From Gemmatimonadota bacterium (lineage in GTDB: Bacteria; Gemmatimonadota; Gemmatimonadetes; Gemmatimonadales; Gemmatimonadaceae), in assembly GCA_003136975.1 (NCBI GenBank), contig PLEG01000388.1, positions 507-52,379 of the forward strand: DNA of 51,873 nt. The letters run 5' to 3'. The notes under the pieces were generated by a model, which saw only the letters and a list, made by a program, of their open reading frames with translations, was not told where the DNA came from and made no database searches. The position numbers and the translations under genes were made by a program. Position 1 is the first letter of the stretch. Each line of letters opens with the position of its first letter. Shown in pieces: positions 43,778-51,873 of the stretch.

Positions 43778-44715
43778 GTAATCCGTCTGGTGATCACTAC
43801 ATTCGGGACTTCCTGCGCGACTTGGATCAGCGAGCGCCGCAAGGTGCCGCCCTGCTCGCGTTTATCGCTGTAGCTGCTGTTGCGCCTTCACAGGTCCGTG
43901 CCAGTGATATTCAGTCACTTCATGCGCGCCACCCAATAACACGTCGGGTGAGTGCAGATGTTGTGCGCGGGATCGTCGATCCACCAGGTGCCCATGATCC
44001 TACTCGTGGACAGTGCCTCGGCTCTGTTCGACCGACTGGTCAGCCGGCGGATGCCCTGGTTTACGATCGGAGACTCGGGATTCTGTCCTGGGTGGATGAC
44101 GCAGGCTGGCCGACCTATGCGCCGCCGGACTATCGTGATACACCCGTCGTTATTCTCGGTGGGCCCGAAGAACATGGGCCGGTCGAGACAGTGTACTACG
44201 CGTTCGCAGAGCGTCAGCGTGCAAGCGTTGTGCGCCGTACGCTCGAGCATGTGCAGAACCAACTGACCCCGGAAGCGGTAGCAGGCTCGCGGACCCAAAT
44301 CTCTCCCTTCGACAAGTGCCGGACTCAAGATGTTGATCTGGTTCGACAGGAGCGAGCTGCAACGGAGCTCGCCTCACGAGCGATCGTTGCCAGGGCGGCG
44401 CACGAAGCGCGCATCTCTGTGGAATCGTCGAGACAGCAAGCCGCGGACTCAACTGTGGACCCGGTAAGCGCTGCTGCTACGAAAGCGGCGCAGCACACTC
44501 GTGCCACAGTTGTAGAAGGAACAAGGCAAGCAACAACCGATGTCATGTATGACGCCAGGTCACGTGTGGAGCAGGGCGTGTACAGCACTGTCTCTAATAT
44601 CGAGCGCGGGGCGATTGGCCAAGTACTGAGTCGCGGTGGTCCGAGTGCGGACGAAGATCAAGTCGAAGGTGCGGGCGTAGAAGAAGCCCAGGAGCCACCA
44701 ACCATTCAGCCGTAA
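43774..44715 (+). CDS. hypothetical protein
   Basis: 313 aa. GTG start overlaps the previous stop. GGAGG RBS. Confidence 0.45.
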   Translation: MSNPSGDHYIRDFLRDLDQRAPQGAALLAFIAVAAVAPSQVRASDIQSLHARHPITRRVSADVVRGIVDPPGAHDPTRGQCLGSVRPTGQPADALVYDRRLGILSWVDDAGWPTYAPPDYRDTPVVILGGPEEHGPVETVYYAFAERQRASVVRRTLEHVQNQLTPEAVAGSRTQISPFDKCRTQDVDLVRQERAATELASRAIVARAAHEARISVESSRQQAADSTVDPVSAAATKAAQHTRATVVEGTRQATTDVMYDARSRVEQGVYSTVSNIERGAIGQVLSRGGPSADEDQVEGAGVEEAQEPPTIQP

Positions 44716-44897
44716 AGGATGGTGGTGAAATACGGAATGGTGGTCGAGGCAAGTTCGCGCGAGTGCATCAACCATCGTTCCCAGGTGCTGTCGGTCGATC
44801 GAGATCGGCTTGCAGGCACCGATTACCAAAGCCCGTCGCGTCCGATTGAGACGCGAGAGCTAACCCAAAGATGCGAATCGGATCGCAGGAGAGTCGT

Positions 44898-45506
44898 ATG
44901 AGCCGCAGTCTGAACAAAGCCGAGTTGATAGGGAATGTTGGTCAGGATCCAGAAGTCCGTTCCACCTCGAATGGCGGCAGAGTGGCCACGTTCTCACTTG
45001 CTACTTCTCGCACATGGAATGGCCCGACCGGCGATCGACAGGAGAAGACGGAGTGGCATCGCGTCGTCGTGTGGAATGGGAGCAAGGGTCAGGGTGAAGG
45101 GCTCGCTGACGTCGTCGAGAAGTACGTGAAGAAAGGCGACAAGATATACATTTCCGGCCCCATCGAATACCCACCGCTTCATCGAAAATTGTTACCTGTC
45201 CATCAATCTCGTGCGGTCGGATCGTATTCGACATGTCGATTCCCTGTTGATCGCCCCTCTCGCGTTGAGCGAGAAGCGGGCGGGTTTGTGTATCTACGGC
45301 CACGATACATCCCCACTCGCAATGCGCGCATTTCGAGTGAATCACTGGCCCGGAGTGGGCGTCGTTTACCACGAGCCCAACGCCTTCGGAGAGAGGATAC
45401 TCCCGCCCGTTTTAAACGCGCATCACAGATTGTAAATCGCCACTGTGCTAGCGACGCCAACCAGCGCGCTGCGACGCTCGGAGGAGGCCATGAAGGCTTC
45501 CGATAA
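44898..45506 (+). pseudogene. ssb: single-stranded DNA-binding protein, 3'-truncated/derailed after ~91 codons
   Basis: GGAGAG RBS. MSRSLNKAELIGNVGQDPEVR..GGRVATFSLATSR..EKTEWHRVVVW..KKGDKIYISGPIEY is a typical SSB OB-fold N-terminus. After about nt 45170 the frame reads low-complexity Arg-rich sequence, and there is no acidic DDD-I-P-F tail. Confidence 0.65.
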
Positions 45507-45858
45507 GAAATCAGGATTACGGCCCGCGCTTACTCTGCAGGTGAGAGTCGCATATGAGTCTGATGGAACGTCATCCAAGGCTGAATGCGATAACCAGGCG
45601 CTGATGGCGGGCAGCCATGCAGCCGCTCTAGCCGAATGGGCACGGATATTCGCGAGAGTCTTGATCCGCGCTGATCGTGCTGGCCAGCTAGCGGCTCATC
45701 CGAAGCGGAATGATTTCGCTGCTGCGAGCCCTATGAGCTCCATACCAGACGCGAATGATGTTGGCTGTAGTCGGCGCATCCGGGTGCGAACTTCACATCG
45801 TCAGCCGTATTGCGCATTGGAAGGCGCGAAAGCCACTAGTCGAGGAGAATTCCAATGA
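45490..45858 (+). CDS. hypothetical protein
   Basis: GGAGGAGG RBS precedes ATG 45490. 122 aa. No resolvase motifs. Confidence 0.3.
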   Translation: MKASDKKSGLRPALTLQVRVAYESDGTSSKAECDNQALMAGSHAAALAEWARIFARVLIRADRAGQLAAHPKRNDFAAASPMSSIPDANDVGCSRRIRVRTSHRQPYCALEGAKATSRGEFQ

Positions 45859-47132
45859 GACAGCGAACCAAACGTCGTGAGGGGAAGACAACTAATCCAC
45901 AGAGCAATGCAGCGCGCGGATCGTACGCTGCAGCCGCACGTGGTCACTGGCAGGGGGTGGCTCCGGTCGGCTATCGGCGACTTGCTATGAAGGACGGACA
46001 CGCATCCCAAATGCTTGAGAATGGAATTGCCAAACCGAAGGGGTACTATTGTATCCTCACGCCAGCGAATCAGAGTGAGCAGGAACTTGTGCGTTCTCTA
46101 TTCGGCCATTATCTCGAGGTCGGCGCGACGATCGAGTCGACCCTTCGCTATGCGAACGATCTCCGAGCAGGACCTGTGTCCGCTAGGGACGACGTCATGC
46201 TCAGAGATGATCTTGTATGGAGTGAGCCGGCGATCCGTAACATCCTTATGAATCCCGTCTACGTGGGAACGGTCTGTTATGGCCGGAAGCCTCGGCAGGG
46301 TAGAGGCGGAGGTCGCGGGTTTGCCGTTAACAGCACACCTACCATAACTCTTGGGGCGCACACGGCGCTCGTGTCCAAGGCACTCTTCGAGCGTGTGCAA
46401 GGCAAGCTTCAGCAGAATCGGAGCTACCAATGCGGTGTCCGGACGGCCTACGCCTTCAGTGGCGTCGTGACGTGTGCGAGTTGTGGTTCATCCATGGTTG
46501 GTGGTGGTGGGATGTCGTTGCTGTCTCAAGGAAGGCGCAGCGATGCTGCATATCGCTGCGCTGGCGGGGCCCGGAGGCCCCGCGGCGGCCACCGAGGCCG
46601 GACGGCTAATTGTCGCCCGCCGCGTACTACGGTAAGGCGGCAGCATCTTGAGGGGCCAATCATCGATGCGGTGGCGCGCACACTTGGCCGGCCGGACGTT
46701 GTTGCGGCTGTAAGGACTGCACTTGAATGTGAGTTGGCGTCATCGACCGCGGATGAGGTCGGCGCAAGTTTAAAGCGTATGGCTCGGCTCCTCGCCAGCA
46801 TCGAGCGCCAGCAGGCCAACATCATCCGCGCGATTGCGAACGACATTGTTAGCGGGGAGGATGCCAAGACCGAACTCACGCATCTTGGCGAGCGGCACGG
46901 CGCTGCACAGCGTCGGTTAGCAGAGATCTCTCTACTGCATGCGGGTGATGAAATCCATCATTGTGGTGCTGATCAGTTATCGAGGTGGACGCAAGACATC
47001 TTGGCGCTCACAAATCGTTTAGACGGCGAGCTAGTTCGCGCAGTGATAGCGCCTTGGATTGCATCAGCCGTATTCGATAAGCGTGATCGATCTATTTCGA
47101 TACTGGTCCGTTCATCGCCGGTTATGGGGTAA
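45855..47132 (+). CDS. large serine recombinase C-terminal portion (recombinase domain + zinc ribbon + coiled coil) lacking the catalytic resolvase domain
   Basis: It begins about at GVAPVGYRR. Also present: LVRSLFGHYLE, WSEPAIRNILMNPVYVGT, and the zinc ribbon FSGVVTCASCGSSMVGG..YRCAG. All three upstream frames contain stops, and no S-R catalytic motif was seen. Confidence 0.6.
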   Translation: MRQRTKRREGKTTNPQSNAARGSYAAAARGHWQGVAPVGYRRLAMKDGHASQMLENGIAKPKGYYCILTPANQSEQELVRSLFGHYLEVGATIESTLRYANDLRAGPVSARDDVMLRDDLVWSEPAIRNILMNPVYVGTVCYGRKPRQGRGGGRGFAVNSTPTITLGAHTALVSKALFERVQGKLQQNRSYQCGVRTAYAFSGVVTCASCGSSMVGGGGMSLLSQGRRSDAAYRCAGGARRPRGGHRGRTANCRPPRTTVRRQHLEGPIIDAVARTLGRPDVVAAVRTALECELASSTADEVGASLKRMARLLASIERQQANIIRAIANDIVSGEDAKTELTHLGERHGAAQRRLAEISLLHAGDEIHHCGADQLSRWTQDILALTNRLDGELVRAVIAPWIASAVFDKRDRSISILVRSSPVMG

Positions 47133-47347
47133 GCAAGCCGAGATCACGCCGAGGGTCAGCAATGCGTGCCGGACGCTCCGACCGGCCGCATCGATTCGGG
47201 TCGTTTAGCAGACGGCCGTTTTAGAGAGAACGCGAGCCTAGTTCCGCGAGAGCGCCGATCCATCAAATTCTGGCAGCATGCAGGTAAGTCCTTATGCCCA
47301 AGTGCCTTGGATACAGGGAGTCCTGTGGCTCCGTCATGAGCCAATTC

Positions 47348-47382
47348 ATGTTTTGGGCTTTGGCTGACGATGTTTTGGGCTT
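47348..47382 (+). repeat. perfect 13-bp direct repeat ATGTTTTGGGCTT x2 abutting a start codon
   Basis: Copies at 47348-47360 and 47370-47382. The next base begins ATG 47383. Confidence 0.7.
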
Positions 47383-49044
47383 ATGCCGGACTGTTTGCCG
47401 CCTCGCGTCTATCTCGGTTCGTCTGCCCCCGTAATTTTCGGACCGCGGAGATCTGAGCAGGCGTCGTATGCGCTTATGGAGGCTGCAGAACTGATTCCGT
47501 CCCATCGCTGGACTACGCTTCAGCCAGATGCTCGGTATCCTTCAGCGCTCCAGGGGCGGGCCTATTCCGGCAGGTTTGGCCGTACCGCCGCGGAGATGCT
47601 CGCGACTCAGATTCTCGAGCCGATGTACGTGGTCGACCCCACGCAATTCCCTTGGGGTGGGCCGCCAATCTGTACGAGCCTTGGCCATGTAATCGCCGGG
47701 AACCATCGGGCGATTCTAATCCAGCGGGCTGCGTTGCGTAGCGATGACCGTCACGTCAAAGCATACGCACGGTATCGGGAGGACTTGTTTGCAACAGCGC
47801 GTCTCACGGGGGTGAGTACCGCTGTACTGCTTACACTCAACGCACCGATTCTTGTGCGGATCCTCGATGAGTCCAAATGGACGTCTATTGATGCAAGTAG
47901 CCGGGACAACCGGCTGCGCCGGCTTAATGTGCTCTCCGACCGACCACCGACGAAGGCATATGACGTTCTATCGGATGGGTTCGCTATGGCGACGTCGCTT
48001 CTAGATGTCCAAGAGCACAACTCCGGTGATGCGATAGGCACGCTTATAGATTTGCTTCAAGGTTCGTCGCTCGACGCAATTCTGCGAGGTGCTGGTGGTT
48101 ATAAACTCGTCGGTGAGCTGACTAGCCTTGGCGCTCTAACCGTTGCGGAACATCCTGCGCTCATTAACGCGAGCGCGGAACGGCTTTCGGCAGGCGGCCG
48201 ATCTCGTATTACATGGATGGTGAGAGCCCTTGTCCTTGATGATCGTGGTGTACTTGCTTCAGCGTCCGACGCCGTTCTCAGCAAGCTAGACGGGTGCTCG
48301 CTCACGCTCCTGGCTTCCTTAGGGTGCGTGTTTCGCGATGCGATGCGGCAACGAATCTGCGAGGCAATCGATCTGTTGGCGGCGGCTAAATCCGAGGGAC
48401 TCAGCGTCCATTCGTATGCTTCGACTGAGTCAATGCTCGAACATCTTCCGGGGACTCCCTCGCGCCTCCTTGCTTGCTGTATTGAAGGGCTCCGCGCGCG
48501 CGATCTAGTTGAGCTTGTCAATCGCTGGGTTGCGACACTTGGGCCGAGCGATTTCGGCAAGGATGCGGAACCGATGTTAGCGGGGTTTGGGAACTGCGTT
48601 GCACGAGGTAAGGAAGCCGAGCTTGCTGTCTTAGAGGAGGGCGCCGCTCACGCTGTTCAGATGCTGTCCAAGCGAGTGGGGCGGCCAAATGTTCCACCGG
48701 ATGAGTATCTGTCGCCAACAGAGTGGGCGCAGCTAGAACCGTTGATCCCGGAGCCGACTGCTCGTCGTTCAGGTGCGCACTTGGGTGGGAGGCCGGTACT
48801 TAGCAATAAATCGCTTGCTGCAGGGTTGGTATGCGCGTTTGAGATGGGAGCCACACCTGACACGATCTTCGCCACGTGGCGTAGACTGCCAAGTGTTTGG
48901 GTCGAACGAAAGCTTGTGTGTCGCCGGACGACGCTGCAGCGACGTCTCAAACAACTCGATTCGGCGCTTGGTGGTCGTGCCGCACTTCTCGGAGCTGTGG
49001 CGGAAATTGCTGTGGTGCGGAGGCGTGCGCTCATTGGTATTTAG
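47383..49044 (+). CDS. ParB/Srx-fold N-terminal domain protein with C-terminal DUF4096-like (IS5-type) HTH
   Basis: N-terminus AELIPSH..YPSALQGR..LEPMYVVDP..GGPPIC..GHVIAGNHRAILIQRA resembles the ParB-like domain of MGE polyvalent proteins. C-terminus LSPTEWAQLEPLIPEP..GGRPVLSNKSLAAGLV resembles the L-T-D-x-x-W-x-x-I-E-P-L-L-P..GRP HTH of IS5-family transposases. Confidence 0.5.
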   Translation: MPDCLPPRVYLGSSAPVIFGPRRSEQASYALMEAAELIPSHRWTTLQPDARYPSALQGRAYSGRFGRTAAEMLATQILEPMYVVDPTQFPWGGPPICTSLGHVIAGNHRAILIQRAALRSDDRHVKAYARYREDLFATARLTGVSTAVLLTLNAPILVRILDESKWTSIDASSRDNRLRRLNVLSDRPPTKAYDVLSDGFAMATSLLDVQEHNSGDAIGTLIDLLQGSSLDAILRGAGGYKLVGELTSLGALTVAEHPALINASAERLSAGGRSRITWMVRALVLDDRGVLASASDAVLSKLDGCSLTLLASLGCVFRDAMRQRICEAIDLLAAAKSEGLSVHSYASTESMLEHLPGTPSRLLACCIEGLRARDLVELVNRWVATLGPSDFGKDAEPMLAGFGNCVARGKEAELAVLEEGAAHAVQMLSKRVGRPNVPPDEYLSPTEWAQLEPLIPEPTARRSGAHLGGRPVLSNKSLAAGLVCAFEMGATPDTIFATWRRLPSVWVERKLVCRRTTLQRRLKQLDSALGGRAALLGAVAEIAVVRRRALIGI

Positions 49045-49369
49045 GCTTTGACTGACCGTTGATTGCAGCGATGAAGTGATTTAGTATGTGGTGCGAGCAG
49101 CGCACGGTTATGGCAGGCGATCGCTTATCTGGGCTATAGGTGCTGGAGACTGATGGACAAGTGAGCCCGGCGAGAATCGCGAACAAGTCACGGACGCAAC
49201 AGAGTGTGCCCTGTCTATACGGGGTGCCGGGTAGCCGTCCATTGTAGAAGAGGGCTCGTTAGTGATCGTCCTTCGGATCTTCGGTAGGAGGATCAACGAC
49301 TTGATACGATGGGTGCGTGTACCCTGTCGCGACTTCAACGGCGAGCTCGATCCACCACCGTGATTTGAG

Positions 49370-49828
49370 ATGGCAAAGCGCCCTGGGAACGAGAAGAACG
49401 CCGGCTTTGGATCCGCAGAGAACTCACCAACACACCACTACCCAGTCGTCCCTGGCCTTGACCCGTTGGCGCACCGGTTCCGCGAGGCATTCGCACAACC
49501 GGAGACGGCATTTACGGTGGCTGTGGAGTGGGGGCTGACCGACCTCGAATGCGCGCGCGCATTGGGCTTTCCTGATCCGGTGGCGGATTATTGGCGGGAC
49601 GGATTGCCGGTGCCGTTCGGCGGCTGCAACATGGCGAGGGCGGCGTATCTGATCAGCATTCACCAGTCAGCTGCAATTGTATCGCAACCCGCGGACTTCG
49701 CGGAATGGTGCAGGAGCCCTATGACGCTCGGGCGATTTGCAGGACGCACTGTAGTTGAGATGGTCACAAGTGGTGACGTCCGTGACATGGAGCATGTCTG
49801 TCGGTTGTTCATATCGCTGTGCTTTTGA
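49370..49828 (+). CDS. DUF2384 (MbcA/ParS-like) antitoxin-domain protein, orphan
   Basis: 152 aa. RAAYLISIHQSAAIV..DFAEWCRSPMTLGRFAGRTVVEMVTSGDVRDMEHV fits the DUF2384 C-terminal pattern. No RES gene follows. Confidence 0.5.
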   Translation: MAKRPGNEKNAGFGSAENSPTHHYPVVPGLDPLAHRFREAFAQPETAFTVAVEWGLTDLECARALGFPDPVADYWRDGLPVPFGGCNMARAAYLISIHQSAAIVSQPADFAEWCRSPMTLGRFAGRTVVEMVTSGDVRDMEHVCRLFISLCF

Positions 49829-49936
49829 TCGCATCGTCAGACGAGTTAGTGCTCCTCTGATTCAAATAGTAGCGTTCGGCGATGCAAAGGCGGATAACCA
49901 CTCAGTAAGCACGTAGGGTGGGAGCATTCGTCTGCA

Positions 49937-50722
49937 TCAAACTGATCGCCCATTGAGCTTTGCTTGAGTACTCATCGCGCTCGAAAGCCAGCAAACTGCT
50001 TCTGAACGACGTGGTTCTTCGACGTTTGATAGATCTTTGAGAAGCTGTCTGCGTATGGCCCGCTGTGCCCGTTGGAACCGGCGTTTAGCAGCGCCAGCTT
50101 GGATATGCATCCAACCGCCGATTTCACTCCAAGTATCTCGTTCGATCACTCGACGATAGAGTAGTTCCTGTGTGTCGGGTGGCAGGCATCGTTGCGCTTG
50201 GACAATGAGAGAAGCAAGCATCGGTACCACGGTGGTCGCCGCGGTTTCCACCTGAGCACCTGGTGAACTTTCAACAACCGAGATATCTGTGATGCTTTTA
50301 GTCAACTCGTCGTCAATTCCTGCGACGTGATCCTGGATAGTTGGCTGCTCGGCGGCACGGTGATAACGCTCGGTCAATATCTCAAGCGATGTACTGCGCA
50401 ACGCAACCTGGTTAGAGCGGTTGTAGTCGAGGATGACACGCCGAGCAACCGCAAATACCCAAGCCCGTACACCAGCGTCGGTATCTGCGCGACAGGATTC
50501 AATCCGAAGCAGGACGTGCAGTAGGGTCTCCTGAGTAAAATCATCCAGTTGGTCCAAGTCCACTTTGGGGGCGAGCCGGGCGAGGAATCGTCTAACCTGT
50601 CCTTGCAGAGTCGCGGCAAGCGGATCCAGTGCTGGAGGATTACCTGCGGCGGGTCGCAGCAACTCAATTAGGGATGGTGCGCCATCTCTTGCGTTCTGGG
50701 ACTTTCTCGGAAGGACAGGCAT
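49937..50722 (-). CDS. ECF-type sigma-70 family RNA polymerase sigma factor
   Basis: Region 2 DDFTQETLLHVLLRIE..VRAWVFAVARRVILDYNR and region 4 DTQELLYRRVIERDTWSEIGGWMHIQAGAAKRRFQRAQRAIRRQL. Confidence 0.7.
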   Translation of the reverse strand: MPVLPRKSQNARDGAPSLIELLRPAAGNPPALDPLAATLQGQVRRFLARLAPKVDLDQLDDFTQETLLHVLLRIESCRADTDAGVRAWVFAVARRVILDYNRSNQVALRSTSLEILTERYHRAAEQPTIQDHVAGIDDELTKSITDISVVESSPGAQVETAATTVVPMLASLIVQAQRCLPPDTQELLYRRVIERDTWSEIGGWMHIQAGAAKRRFQRAQRAIRRQLLKDLSNVEEPRRSEAVCWLSSAMSTQAKLNGRSV

Positions 50723-50821
50723 AGGGCCGTGCCAGCGTCAGAGTATAAAATGGATTGCCCGGTAAATAGTGTCTCTGTATATGCTGTAGATGTAGACACG
50801 GCACCCCACCACTCTTGAGCG

Positions 50822-51073
50822 GTGCCAGACATTGCTCGACGACTTCGGGAAACAGTGCGCCGGTTACGGAAAGAGAGAGGAATCTCCCAGGAAGCATTTG
50901 CGCACCAAATTGGGGTCCATCGCACGTTTATGGGCGTGGTCGAACGGGGCGAGACGAACTTGTCTTTCTCAAATCTGGTTCGTATTGCTCACGGCCTGGG
51001 AGTACGCCCGGGGGACTTACTTAATCAAGCGATCCCGGAGGAGCAATCTCAACAAGCGGTGCGAGGCGCGTAA
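50822..51073 (+). CDS. XRE-family HTH transcriptional regulator
   Basis: 83 aa. LRKERGISQEAFAHQIGVHRTFMGVVERGETNLSFSNLVRIAHGLG. It is divergent from the sigma gene, with inverted repeat GTGTCT/AGACAC (50769-50774 / 50794-50799) in the spacer. Confidence 0.75.
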   Translation: MPDIARRLRETVRRLRKERGISQEAFAHQIGVHRTFMGVVERGETNLSFSNLVRIAHGLGVRPGDLLNQAIPEEQSQQAVRGA

Positions 51074-51084
51074 CTGCCTATGGC

Positions 51085-51867
51085 AAAGCCGCGGAATCTG
51101 CTGCTGTTAGCGATCTCGTGAATTTCAAACGATTTAAGACGAAGATCGGTGAAGAGGAATCTCCATAGGCGGGACTGGTTCCTGCGACACGCAAGGCACT
51201 CACGCGCATCCTCACGGATGCTGGAGTCTGCGTGATCGAGATCAACAGGCCGAATCGCGCATGACGTAGACTGCGCGGCAAGAGTGATTTGACCGATGCG
51301 GAGAGTGCTACTCTCGCAGTGCTCGCTGGTAACGCCCAAGCACATCCGAAAGCGCAGAATGGCGTAGTCGAGGCGCTGGCGTCCTCACGGTGGCAAGACG
51401 CAGTGCAGTAAAAACGCGCACACAGGCATCGAATCAGCTTAAGAGCAGCACTTGTAAGTGCGCCTGCTGTGCTTTTCGACGACCTTTACAAGCTCGCGTT
51501 TGTCGACCGCATCGAGTGGTGTGCTCGATTACGTCTGTCGCACACCAACGATCTCGTCCAGTCGACTAAGCGCACCCTACACATCCTTTCCCAACGATGG
51601 GAATTACTTGCCGCATCACGGCTAGAGATAACCCCAGAGCGACTGTTCAACGAGGCAGCACTCGCAGCGCTGTGCGGGGTCAAGTCCACTCGAGGCATCT
51701 TCAGGACGGATCACGTGGCACCGGCTGAATCGTGATACCAATCACAGGGCAAACAATGCGCTCTGGACGATCACACTCGTGCGATCTCGGGGTGAGTCCG
51801 TACGAAAGCGCACCTGGTCTGAAGAACAGCTGATAACGGTCACGCAAAAGTTGTCAATGATCTCGTG
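51085..51867 (+). pseudogene. IS110-family transposase relic (5'-truncated, multiple frameshifts and in-frame stops)
   Basis: Across three frames: GTGS, ALTRILTDAGVCVIEINRPNRA*RRLRGKSDLTDAESATLAVLAGNA, VARRSAVKTRTQASNQLKS, and HRLNRDTNHRANNALWTITLVRSR. These are colinear with recalled IS110 transposase blocks. The DEDD N-terminal start is missing. Confidence 0.65.
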
Positions 51868-51873
51868 AAATTG

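Noticed and set aside
45171-45489. ORFs in the ssb-recombinase gap (45211-45435 +, 45203-45460 -, 45001-45372 -)
   Set aside because: No RBS, biased composition, and no resolvase or SSB motifs in any frame. Treated as non-coding junction DNA.

Overview
GC-rich bacterial mobile-element DNA. No rRNA, tRNA or CRISPR array was found. All family calls come from motif recall; no searches were run.

Nt 1-37,000 is an almost strictly unidirectional (+ strand) array of about 50 tightly packed, often stop-start-overlapped genes. It looks like a plasmid/ICE-type replication and accessory module. It contains:
- a PRTRC-like E2/E1(ThiF) pair and a DnaN clamp
- a macro-DUF4031 fusion, two orphan DNA methyltransferases and DUF4326
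- an Xre(DUF2384)-RES toxin-antitoxin pair
- a YpsA-like SLOG protein followed by a GGCT/amidoligase operon
- Gp157-like and UDG-like proteins and a DEDD exonuclease
- a frameshifted class II ribonucleotide reductase
- a divergent gene pair flanking a 740-bp lower-GC origin-like region next to a Rep-initiator gene
- an ArdC-metalloprotease-thymidylate kinase fusion, a sigma-like protein and an HNH nuclease

No virion or T4SS genes are visible. The array carries 11 same-strand copies of a 12-mer (GCGCNGGTGCAT), each just upstream of a gene start.

Nt 37,000-51,873 is a different, mosaic region. It holds a terminator-insulated GHKL-ATPase two-gene cassette with an in-frame TAG, an NlpC/P60 hydrolase, and two type IV pilin-like genes. 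The rest is decayed mobile-element remnants:
- a 3'-truncated ssb
- a serine recombinase lacking its catalytic domain
- a ParB-like/HTH fusion
- an orphan DUF2384 antitoxin-like gene
- an ECF sigma factor and an XRE regulator
- an IS110-family transposase pseudogene
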